Source: Octopus bimaculoides
Taxonomy: Eukaryota
DNA length: 51,157 nucleotides
Assembly (NCBI RefSeq): GCF_001194135.2
Contig: NC_068981.1
Span: 189,309,199-189,360,355 of the forward strand
Direction of reading: 5' to 3'
The position numbers and the translations under genes were made by a program. The notes under the pieces are model-generated. The model made no database searches. It saw only the letters and a program-made list of their open reading frames with translations, and was not told where the DNA came from. Shown here one piece after another: positions 10,914 through 22,051 of the stretch; the first letter of the stretch is position 1, and each line of letters opens with the position of its first letter.

Positions 10914-10996
10914 AAGGTTTTTAACACAAAAAGAAAAAGTATATAAAATTTGATATTCTGATGTATTTCTTATAATAATTCTTACTTTTCTTATAG

Positions 10997-11062
10997 GAGT
11001 TGCGGTCCCAGCTTAAGAGACAATACAATGAAAAGTTTAGAAATCTGAAAATTCTAGAATAG
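10997..11062 (+). CDS. Candidate last coding exon: ELRSQLKRQYNEKFRNLKILE*
   Basis: Strong acceptor cttacttttcttatag|; phase 0 matches the 4125 donor; the other two frames stop earlier; TAG at 11060-11062; AATAAA downstream. Confidence 0.6.
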   Translation, partial: ELRSQLKRQYNEKFRNLKILE

Positions 11063-11119
11063 TTGTAAGGAACCTGCGGCTCAATGCGGTCTCTTGGAAG
11101 ATCACTGAATTTTGCCCAA

Positions 11120-11125
11120 AATAAA
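11120..11125 (+). promoter_or_regulatory. Candidate polyadenylation signal (alternative at 11272-11277)
   Basis: AATAAA about 60 nt after the stop; the hexamer is common in AT-rich DNA. Confidence 0.3.
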
Positions 11126-11648
11126 GCTTGTTGTTGATTAGATACTATTATATATTACATATGTGAACAGAAGTCATGAAAAGTCATTTGACATTTTTAT
11201 TTCTTAGTTGAATTATTTCTAATTACAAATTTACTATAAACTCAATTACATTTTTCTGCAGATTTATTTTTAATAAAATTAATGCCACTTAGTACAATAT
11301 TTCGTTAACATGTAGTTTAAGGGTTAAAAAATGGATGTAAATTGCCCGGTAGCAGCATACCATAATTTCATAAAGAGAATTGGTGAAATACCGTAATTTT
11401 ATTAACAGAATTTTCTTATTCCGTGTCTACAAGCACTTACTGAGGCAATCCTTCGGAGATGGTCTCAAAGCAGTAAAATTGTCCGTTTGGCAACTTCAGT
11501 ATAAAATTTCTATTTCTTTAATGCTTTTTTTTTTCCAGTTGAACAGTGCAAAACAAGGTCGCGCGCGCGCACATAACATTTTCACCAAAACACACGCGCG
11601 CGCACACACACACACACATATACACGTTTTATATTTTCACAAATCGCA

Positions 11649-11927
11649 GGCGATCTTTCGGGACGAGTTCCTAATTATCGGCCTTTTCCGTAAAAAGTAT
11701 CTTCGGTGATCTTTATCAAAGATAGGGTTTGGGGTTTAGGGTTTGCGTTAGGGAATTCCGTCCCTAACCGTAACCGTAACCCTAACCATAACCCTAAAAC
11801 CCTAACCCTAACACCGTAGTGAAGATCGTGCGGGTGTTACGGAAAAGGCTGATCTTTGGTAAAGATCGCCGAAGACACTTTTTACGGAAAAGGCGAATAA
11901 TTAGGAACTCGTACCGAATGATCGCCG
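11649..11927 (-). mobile_element. Same MITE family, copy 2, inverted relative to 10593
   Basis: Same GGCGATC...GATCGCC TIRs; internal CCCTAACACCGTAGTGAAGATCGTGCGGGTG is the reverse complement of the copy 1 segment; the right TIR is partly duplicated. Confidence 0.85.
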
Positions 11928-11951
11928 CTTGTTTATGTGTGTGTGTGTGTA

Positions 11952-11991
<40 letters not shown>

Positions 11992-14900
11992 TGTGTGTGC
12001 AAGCTGAAAAAGGAAATAAAGAAATAAAAATGTTTTACGGAACTTGCCGAACAAATAGTTTAACTTTCCTGAGACCATCTCCGAAGGGTTGCCCTTATCT
12101 ATATAGTACCTTCTAGTGATATCCTAAGTATTTCAGAAACAACAGTTGAGGTACATCGTCTCAATGTACAATAACCCAGCATAAATGTGATTATTTTCAT
12201 CATATATAAAATATACGTGTACGTTCTTACACAATGGTTACCTTTTATAATTTATTTACATTAAATTATAAGATGCTACTGGCATTACTTCAGGTTGATA
12301 CACTTTCATTTTTCTCAAAACCCTCTAAATAGCATGTTTCTTCCCTATTTACTCAAGTACAATGCAATTTCAGGAATCAATAGCATTTTTTATCCTCTTA
12401 TCTACTACCAAATTTCACCCTGCTGTTTCGTATTAAGTTTCCTGTGTTCTTAATGTGTAACTATAGTAATTTTATGCTCCCCTCAAATATCAAAATGCTA
12501 TTGTTACATTAGATCGCTATAATTTTTTTTATTACCAATTACAAGAAGTAAGACGGCTCTCCATACGGTTTTCTTTTCGTTGTTAGATGTTATCATATTT
12601 ACACATTTGAATCCGTATTTATGTAATTTTTCTGATATGTTATGTCGAATTTTCCTTTGAATCTGTCATTCGTTTAATAGTACTTACAGAAGAAATGTGT
12701 CCCACTGAATTTGTTTCTTCATAACAAATTCCTGAAAAATGGATATTCACTTACGAAAGTTTCAAATTGTGTAGAGGAATTTCATGTGGAAAAAATGGTG
12801 TGGGACGGATATTTCATGCATCTCGACTTTATTTCCTCTCTGTTTTAATCATTTAATTACAATACGTTGAAAAAAAAAAATTGAGCCCCCCCCCCCATAT
12901 GATCCTTGCTATTTCTAGTATAGTAAACATCCATGTAGGGGACGAACCATCTTTGAGTTTGTTTAAATGAGAGAGATTAAGATTGCAATGAAATAATGAA
13001 AGAAATATGAATTTATATGGCGATTTTCTGTTTGGCTGCTACTTTTCAGAATTACGGAGATGTACTTGCATAGCAAGTGACCTGATCTAAAATTGTGTGC
13101 TGGAACGAAAACAATTGCAGCGTGGAAGGTGTTTATAAGTCATTTAAGAAAGAAACAAAAACCGTTAGATTCAGTTCAACATTTAAATTTTGGTCGATTT
13201 TGTGGGCAATACCCACAATGGTTTTTTTGAGTACAACACGCATTAAAACTATAGGAGAAGCTTTTACGGTTAAAAAAAAAACTAAATATTTTCAGTCGTA
13301 CAGGTGTATGATTAAAGGGAGATTTGGCTGGTATTCTAGCATATCCTGTGACCATCTTCCTCGTTTCTGTTTCAGTGTGAACAGTATTGATGTTTTACAA
13401 TATTTTCTCTCCATTATTAATAACATAAACACATTTATGCTATTAAAAACAATTTTTTGAAAATATATAATTTTTATTGACCTTAGCGGCTCTTTTTTTT
13501 TTAATTACCTTTCCCAAAAATTTTTTGTTAAAAAGATGCTCCAGATCATGGAATAGATCCCAAATCATTTCCAAGGGCACCGTGAAAAAGAATATGAAAA
13601 ATCACAATCAAAACAGAAATTCCAACTTGGTACCTCCTATATCCGACGTCCGCCTATTTTTTTTTTTTGTTCTAGATTAAATAAGAAATTTTCTGATTTA
13701 CACAAAATTAATCATCTGTAACATATACATAATGTTGATGTATATATATCTGTTTATCCAATCCCAAAATAAAGATGGAAAAAGAGGAACTACGATAGAA
13801 AAAGAAAGGAAAAAAAAAAAATTAAAAATTGTATTCTAAATGTTGGGATAACTACATAAATGTGCTNNNNNNNNNNNNNNNNNNNNNNNNNNNNNNNNNN
13901 NNNNNNNNNNNNNNNNNNNNNNNNNNNNNNNNNNNNNNNNNNNNNNNNNNNNNNNNNNNNNNNNNNNNNNNNNNNNNNNNNNNNNNNNNNNNNNNNNNNN
14001 NNNNNNNNNNNNNNNNNNNNNNNNNNNNNNNNNNNNNNNNNNNNNNNNNNNNNNNNNNNNNNNNNNNNNNNNNNNNNNNNNNNNNNNNNNNNNNNNNNNN
14101 NNNNNNNNNNNNNNNNNNNNNNNNNNNNNNNNNNNNNNNNNNNNNNNNNNNNNNNNNNNNNNNNNNNNNNNNNNNNNNNNNNNNNNNNNNNNNNNNNNNN
14201 NNNNNNNNNNNNNNNNNNNNNNNNNNNNNNNNNNNNNNNNNNNNNNNNNNNNNNNNNNNNNNNNNNNNNNNNNNNNNNNNNNNNNNNNNNNNNNNNNNNN
14301 NNNNNNNNNNNNNNNNNNNNNNNNNNNNNNNNNNNNNNNNNNNNNNNNNNNNNNNNNNNNNNNNNCACTTGTGTAGGTATTCTTGAATATTTTTGTTTTG
14401 TTTTGTGTGAGTTTATATTTCTGTGGCTATTCTGACAGAATTCTATTGGTTACTAAGATTCTATTAGTAATTAATAAATTCAACAAAGGAGCTCGTAACC
14501 TTGTCTACTTTAGCACTAATGATAATTGATAATCAAATTTATAATTGAAATCATTAATGCTCTTTGTTTAACTTGAAGTTTTAATCAAAACTTCTTGACA
14601 CGAAATCCACAGAGATTACCTATATACAATTTAGTATACACTGCATATAACTTAAACATGAAAGTTAATTATTTCAAATAATATCTTTGGCTTTTGTAAT
14701 CATCGTAACGATTTATAAATAAAATCAAATATTTCCTAACAATTTATAAATAAAAAAAAAAGTTTAATAATTTTTAATGGTCTATTTATATTTGTTTATA
14801 TCATTATGTAAACTCTTCAGATATGAAATTCCTCTTGCTACCATTCAATATTTTCCATAACTGTTGACTAGAATAATATATTGAAGATTCTTGTGTGGAT

Positions 14901-15573
14901 AGCTAGATTTCTGTCGTTTAAAATTCGTTTTGAAACCAGCATCTTTCTCTTGAGGATGAATACTTAAAGCAATAATGTTGTGGTATCTGCTTAAACTTTT
15001 TCTCACTTTCAAAAACGTGTTTGTTTTCTTATTGAAGAGAATTCCAAAGTGTAAATGTATTATATATTTTCAGGTGAATAGACACATAAAATAACTCATG
15101 TTTTATGTAAAATAAACAGAGTATCAATTCCCTTAAAGCTAATCCTATTTTAGCACAATGAATACGAGATATTGATAAACATATTTAAATATTTAATTTA
15201 TTTTTCAAATTTTTTTTTGACTATTTACACTTTTAAATATTTTCATTTTTTAAAGATATATGTTATTTTGTTTTGAAAGCAATATTAATTTGAAATAATA
15301 AATTATTATTTTTGAAATGAGAAAATTCCGTATAATCAATTTTCCCTGGAAATGTTGTCATCACAAATAGAATTACAGTAAACATTTTCATTTTTATCAA
15401 ATATTTCCAAGTAGGCTCAAGAAGACCTACGAAATGAAAACAGTTAAATCAATATTTAGAAACACCCAAAAAATTCAAGTATCAATCTGGTCTAAGATAA
15501 TACAACACAAAGTCATACATTATTTGGTGATAAAAGCATAATGCATTGTTTTAGGAGATAGCTTTTATGTTTT

Positions 15574-15700
15574 ACTCATTTCAGTTATTAGACAGTGGCC
15601 ACCTCCTTGAAGGATTTTAGTTGACTGAATCAATCCCAGTACTTATTTTTTCAAGCCTGGTACTAACATATTCTATTGGTTACTTTTGCTGAACTGCTAG
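15574..15700 (-). mobile_element. Diverged SINE A-like 3' fragment
   Basis: CATTTCAGT...CCCAGTACTTATT...AAGCCTGGTACT...TTCTATTGG...TTTTGCTGAACTGCTA. Confidence 0.6.
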
Positions 15701-15704
15701 GCTG

Positions 15705-15884
15705 TTTTTGGATAGTTATAAAAACAAGAACTCCCATAAGGTGGAAGCTTCAGTGGAGTTCTTTACCTCAAAGTACAAGAACTAGTATCAGCATGGAATT
15801 AAAGAACTGGCAGAAAGGTGGCTTCAGACTGTGCAACATGATGGCCTCTACTTTGAATGCAAAGATGCTTTTGTTGTAACTTGA
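15705..15884 (+). pseudogene. Mariner transposase C-terminal fragment, left of gap
   Basis: VEASVEFFTSKYKN*YQHGIKELAERWLQTVQHDGLYFE matches the mariner end motif FF.SK....Y..GI..L.ERW..V...G.YF. Confidence 0.8.
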
Positions 15885-16449
15885 NNNNNNNNNNNNNNNN
15901 NNNNNNNNNNNNNNNNNNNNNNNNNNNNNNNNNNNNNNNNNNNNNNNNNNNNNNNNNNNNNNNNNNNNNNNNNNNNNNNNNNNNNNNNNNNNNNNNNNNN
16001 NNNNNNNNNNNNNNNNNNNNNNNNNNNNNNNNNNNNNNNNNNNNNNNNNNNNNNNNNNNNNNNNNNNNNNNNNNNNNNNNNNNNNNNNNNNNNNNNNNNN
16101 NNNNNNNNNNNNNNNNNNNNNNNNNNNNNNNNNNNNNNNNNNNNNNNNNNNNNNNNNNNNNNNNNNNNNNNNNNNNNNNNNNNNNNNNNNNNNNNNNNNN
16201 NNNNNNNNNNNNNNNNNNNNNNNNNNNNNNNNNNNNNNNNNNNNNNNNNNNNNNNNNNNNNNNNNNNNNNNNNNNNNNNNNNNNNNNNNNNNNNNNNNNN
16301 NNNNNNNNNNNNNNNNNNNNNNNNNNNNNNNNNNNNNNNNNNNNNNNNNNNNNNNNNNNNNNNNNNNNNNNNNNNNNNNNNNNNNNNNNNNNNNNNNNNN
16401 NNNNNNNNNNNNNNNNNNNNNNNNNNNNNNNNNNNNNNNNNNNNNNNNN

Positions 16450-16672
16450 TTTTTGGATAGTTATAAAAACAAGAACTCCCATAAGGTGGAAGCTTCAGTG
16501 GAGTTCTTTACTTCAAAGTACAAGAACTAGTATCAGCATGGAATTAAAGAACTGGCAGAAAGGTGGCTTCAGACTGTGCAACATGATGGCCTCTACTTTG
16601 AATGCAAAGATGCTTTTGTTGTAACTTGACAAATGAAGCAAATAACTTACCAAATTATTGAAAAACTCTTGG
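16450..16672 (+). pseudogene. Same mariner fragment repeated right of the gap, with probable 3' TIR
   Basis: 180 bp identical to 15705-15884 except C15767/T16512; followed by TTATTGAAAAACTCTTGG, resembling a mariner terminus. Confidence 0.75.
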
Positions 16673-17039
16673 CTCAATACAATAACAGCCAGGGTTACAA
16701 TGTCTTTTTTTTTTTTTTTTCACAAGAAAAGTAAATTGTATGGTGCAGGAAAACAGTATTAGGGATGCTATTTTAAGATGTTAAATTTTTTTGTTTCATT
16801 TCTAAAAGTAAATTAATATGAGTTAATAACATTTCTTGGCTGTCTTATGTAGGGTGCAAATCTCAAGAAGTAAAACGCCTGAATAATTGATCTGGAACAA
16901 TATTTTGACAAAGTTCCAGTTAATTTATAAGTAACTAAAGTAAAGACTAAATTTCTCACTTTCAACTTCTAAAATCAATATCTTACAAATTAATCTAGCT
17001 TAGATTGTAGGTCAATAGATTCCAAGACAAAACTGTTGA

Positions 17040-17680
17040 GGGGAGGTTTAACCTTGTTTTATGTTAATACAGTGTCCAAAGCAAGATTTTGTGGGTTGCT
17101 TGAAGCATTGTTCACTAGATATATAAAAAGAAAGGGGATGGAAGACACCTCTTTTTACTGTCTCAAATTAGGGCTTAAAATGTCCAACACAAACAAGACG
17201 AAGTTTCAATATGAGAAGGTGAGCAGAATGCTTTGTGGCATTTTGTCTGTCTTTACATTCTGTGTTCAAATTCCACTGAGGTTGACTTTGCTTTTCATCC
17301 TTTCAGTGATCAATAAAATAAGTGCCAGTTGAGTGCTGGGGCTGATGTGAATGACTTACCTACTCCCCCAAACTTGCTTGTCGTGTGTCAAATATTTGAA
17401 GCCTATAATGGGGAGGTAAGGATTGTAGTTAAAGCAATTTTTGTTCTTGATTTGTGGTTATTTTTACTGGTATATAGATACAAGATAGTCGTTTCAAGAT
17501 TAGCTAGAGGGGTGACATCATCCTTTGGAACAAAGGGAGTTAGCTTTAAAATACAGAGCAATCTGTATTTGTCAAATTTCTCTATGGCTGGGCAACCAAA
17601 AAGGGAAAACAAAGTTTGGAATAAGCTACTGGATGAGTTTGCAGCCACACTTAAATTCAAAACATAAAGGGACATAACTG
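17040..17680 (-). pseudogene. Highly decayed LINE RT remnant interrupted by a SINE
   Basis: FVPKDDVTPLANLETTIL (cf. VPK.GD....NYR.I.L) and VKRGV...PFLFIY (cf. GVPQG..L.P.LF.IY). Confidence 0.4.
17205..17392 (-). mobile_element. SINE-like family E
   Basis: Reverse complement contains GAAAGGATGAAAAGCAAAGTCAACCTCAGTGGAATTTGAACACAGAA, shared with 19831, 25855, 28265, 32038 and 33570. Confidence 0.7.
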
Positions 17681-19412
17681 AATACCATCAGACATTTTAT
17701 TGACTATTATGGAAATAACTGAGTTGATTAACTGCCCCTGTTGAACTCAGACCATAAAGGGACATAAATATTACCAGAAATTCAGAATTCAGTCAATTCA
17801 CTCCTCTTGCTTATAACCCTATTGTGACGAGTTGGAGATGTGTAACATAGCTGAGATGTACATATTTTTGGTATTTCAGTTGGCAGTTGATTAGCTCAAG
17901 TTTATCTATAATTATTGTTATTATTCATTAGTTAGACGAGAAGGAGTATGCCCAGGTCTTTTGCCTGTCCTTCCAGACTTAAGAGGAGCTGATGGAGGCT
18001 ATTGTCCAAAGTGAACATTTGCAGGAAACACATGGGTGAGGAAAGTCCGTCTCTGGGATCTGGACTAAAAACTTGCAACAGAATGAACTTTTTAACTGGC
18101 ACTGGGGACGATCAATATCTAAAAGAATATTTTCACTGAGAGATTAAGAGTTTCATTTTATTTTTAGTTCTTAATGATTGACCTCGTTCTTTTAAAAGTT
18201 TTTTTCATAGGAGGAAGAATCCATCATGATATTTTTGGTAGCAAAAACAAAAAAAACATACCCTCTGGTCAAAATATCAATTTTTCTTGATTAGCTCGAA
18301 CTGAATAATCCTAAGATCAAAGACATTCCAGCTAATGACCCCTTCAACCTTTTTTAAAAAATTATATAAAACTACATTGTGTAATGCACTCAATCCTTAT
18401 TTAAGATAATAAAATGCAATTTGGCTGCTATCTCTAGCACATCAAATGATACATAGAGTTTTCCTGTTGAACACTTCTTCCATCTGAGATGTCAGGAAAA
18501 CAGTGACATTAGTACTCTCATCATATTCTGATAAGCTGGACAAATTAAAACCTCTTAAAGATTTTTTGCCACTTCTCTCTCTCTCTCTCTTTCTATTGAT
18601 TTTTTTTCTCTCTCTCTCAATCTCTATCTCTTTCTCTCTCTCTCTGTACCACTATCTGTCTTTATTGCTGCTTAAACAGTATCAATTCTGTTGACTAAAA
18701 GCAACAATAGATAGAGAAAATTCATATTCTTGAAACTCTCAAGATGCTTTGAATTCTTTATAAGATACAGGAATGGCATCCTCATACAATGAAGCATGTA
18801 ACGTCTTCAAGTTGTTTGGTGGTGCAGAAATTCAGATTAGTTTTGGCATTAAACATTCAGCAGAATTGGGATTTCGCTCCTTAATTTCCAGTTGAAAATT
18901 ACTGACAAGTTAATGTATTTACAAGCTTTAACAGGAAGTCGCCTTATAAACGTTTGCTCATCCATTTCAAATTGGTTTTGCCAGCTATTGTTAAATATTC
19001 ATATAACAACGTGACTAGCCATATTGAAAATAAATGGGGTAAAGTAAAAAGCAAGATCACCAATATTTTGAAGTCCCATTACATTCTGAAATAGCCAGAA
19101 GCATTTCTAATAACACAACCAAAACAGGTATCTCTCACTTAAGTAAACATGTTACCAATGCGATTAGATCCGCTATATGGAGAGAAAAGTTGAGCATATA
19201 AATCATCTATTTAAGAAACTATCTTTCAAGAAAAACCAAACTTCTGACCCAAGAGAATATGCATGTTCACTAGAAAGCAGCTTGATGTGTGATATTAGTA
19301 AATGTTTTAAACTTAGGTAATGTATTTTAAGAAAAGCATAGAATGTAACAAGCAGATAGCCCTATACATTTGCTATTTATGCACAATGGCGAACATAAAT
19401 ATGACAATCTTA

Positions 19413-19812
19413 TTTACTCTTTTACTCTTTTACTTGTTTCAGTCATTTGACTGCGGCCATGCTGGAGCACCGCCTTTAGTTGAGCAAATCGACCCCAGGA
19501 CTTATTCTTTGTAAGCCTAGTACTTATTCTATCGGTCTCTTTTGCCGAACTGCTAAGTTACGGGGACGTAAACACACCAGCATCGGTTGTCAAGCGATGT
19601 TGGGGGGCACAAACACAGACACACAAACACATATATATATACATATATACGACAGGCTTCTTTCAGTTTCCGTCTACCAAATCCACTCACAATGCTTTGG
19701 TCAGCCCGAGGCTATAGCAGAAGACACTTGCCCAAGGTGCCACGCAGTGGGACTGAACCTAGAACCATGTGGTTAGTAACCAAGCTACTTACCACAAAGC
19801 CACTCCTGTGCC
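19413..19812 (-). mobile_element. Full-length SINE family A
   Basis: tRNA-like head, CORE-like segment, internal (CA)/(TA) microsatellite, 3' tail of (AAAAGAGT) repeats on the element strand. Confidence 0.9.
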
Positions 19813-19830
19813 TACTCTTTTCTATTATAG

Positions 19831-20010
19831 TCACAAGGCCTGAAATTTGGGATGGGGTGGGGTAGTTGATAGCATCAACTCCAGTGCTCACCTGGGAGGT
19901 ATTTCATTAACCCTGAAAGGATAAAAGGCAAAGTCAACCACAGCAGAATTTGAACCCAGGAAGTAAAACAACAGATGAAATGCTCCTAGGCATTTTGTCC
20001 AGCAAGCTAC
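19831..20010 (+). mobile_element. SINE-like family E
   Basis: CACAAGGCCTGAAATTT...GAAAGGATAAAAGGCAAAGTCAACC...GAATTTGAAC. Confidence 0.7.
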
Positions 20011-20607
20011 CTTATTTGTTAAAATGAATCACCAAAATTGCTGCTGTACAGATTTTACAGTTTCTATCAAAACCATTGATGAGAAGTCACTAAGTTAACA
20101 TCATAGAAGCAACCATCTTCGTTTAATAGCCATGCTTCCATGAGTCAGATAGAATTCATTGAGGTACATTTTATATTTTATATTACTCTTCCAGTTGCCA
20201 GATACTTCATCTACTTCCAGGTGGAGTATCCCCACCCCATCCCATTGCCAGATGTCTCTTCAAAAGATTGGAAATGGACAACACTGCTTGTAAAATGGTG
20301 ATACTTGTTTAAAAGCATCTTGTGATGTCAAGACATGGAGGCCAAAAAAGTACAAACACATACACGAACATGCACACTTAAGTACACATACATGAACACA
20401 AACACATACAAACACAGATATGCGTGCACACACACACACTCAGGCTTACATATGTACATATACAACAGTTTTCTTCCAGTTTCTGTCAAGTAAATTCACT
20501 CACGAGTCTTTGATTAGCCTGATGTTAGAATAGAAGATGCCTGTCCAAGACTCAGGTGCCAAGCAATAGGATTGAAACAATTTGCTAGATGGAAACTGAA
20601 AGAAGCC

Positions 20608-20646
<39 letters not shown>

Positions 20647-22051
20647 GAAGAAGTAAATGGTATAGTTATCCACTTTATACAGCAACTAATTAGTGCTCTA
20701 ATGGGGCTTCAGTTATTCAGAATTCCTCTTAAATCATTTTATACTAATTTTCTAATCTATCCTCCTCATTGATTCTAATATGGACATTCAACCTCAAAAG
20801 TACATATATATACACACACATACAGATGTATCTAACACTACAATTTAAAGTATTAGCATTGCTTTATTAAACTATTTAATATTTTCCAATATTAAACTGA
20901 GGTCCCTTGTTCAGTCTGGATTAGATAGAAAGAGAAAACCATCTATCTTAGAAATATTCTTTGCTTAAATTCATTTCAATACTTCTTCCTCATCATTACC
21001 AGAAGTCATCTGCAATTGGAAGGTGATCGTTTTCTTAAAAATAGATTATCATAAAATGAAATATATATAATTTCTCAATAAAATTATTGATAGCTTTTGT
21101 GACAAAAATTTCCAGAAGTTTATATGGAGTGGAATATTTAAAACTGATATTAAGTTGCAGCATGCATGTTAAATAACGTTAACATGAGAAAAAAAATTTT
21201 TTTTAAACTCATTTCAGTACCTGCCTTTTATAATTTTCAAACAAAAATTCAAAATAAAGTTATCATCAGAGAATTTAAATTCAATGGCTCTTTGACACCT
21301 TTTAAAATTATTCTTTTTAGTTTTTTTTTCTCTCATCTCTTAAGCTAATATCTGCTCACCTCTTTTTACTCCAGTTAAGCTTTAATCTTAGCACAAAGCA
21401 ACTAACCAAAAATTTGCAATTTCTAAAGCTTCAATGGTGATATTGCCAGGATACAGATCTGTGATTGCACATAGCTATTCAACCAACATGCTGCATGCAA
21501 TATGTCTACTTGATCATAGCACACAAGGATATACACAACAACAAGAACAATAATAACATTTCAGAAATTCCTTTCATAATATAGTGTTACATTATAATAA
21601 AAATTTCCCGAGCATCATACAGAATGAGAGAGCCTTTATGTGGTCATTTGGCCTGCTTAAAACAACAGCTAAATACTCCTAAAATTACTTCTAACTGTAA
21701 TGAAAAGAAAGAAAGTCTCACTGGGTCCTGCACTCTGAGATACCTCTAAAAAGGTGGGATGGTCCATTGCTTCTCAAACGTAAGTTTTGGGGTTCAATCC
21801 TACTGCATGTCACTTTGATCGAATGTTTTTTTTACCATAGCCTCAGGTTGATCAAAGCCCTGTGAGTGGATTTGGCAGATGGAAACTGAAAAACTGTTAA
21901 TCCAGGAAGACACGGGATGAAGTGATGAAATATGATCTTTGGATGTTGAGCTTCATGGAGGTGATGACGTGACTGAGAGTTTTGGCAGTTTGCTGCAGTT
22001 GAGGAGACATGTCAAGCTAAGTGAAATCATAGTCATGACCAAATCCTCTGT

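Noticed and set aside
12688-12839. Two minus-strand exon-like segments (12688-12731, 12755-12839)
   Set aside because: The implied intron is only 23 nt and the larger segment has stops in all frames.
18740-21500. Several short open frames with possible splice sites (about 18765, 20193, and 21405 on minus)
   Set aside because: No recognisable motif and no phase-consistent chain could be built.
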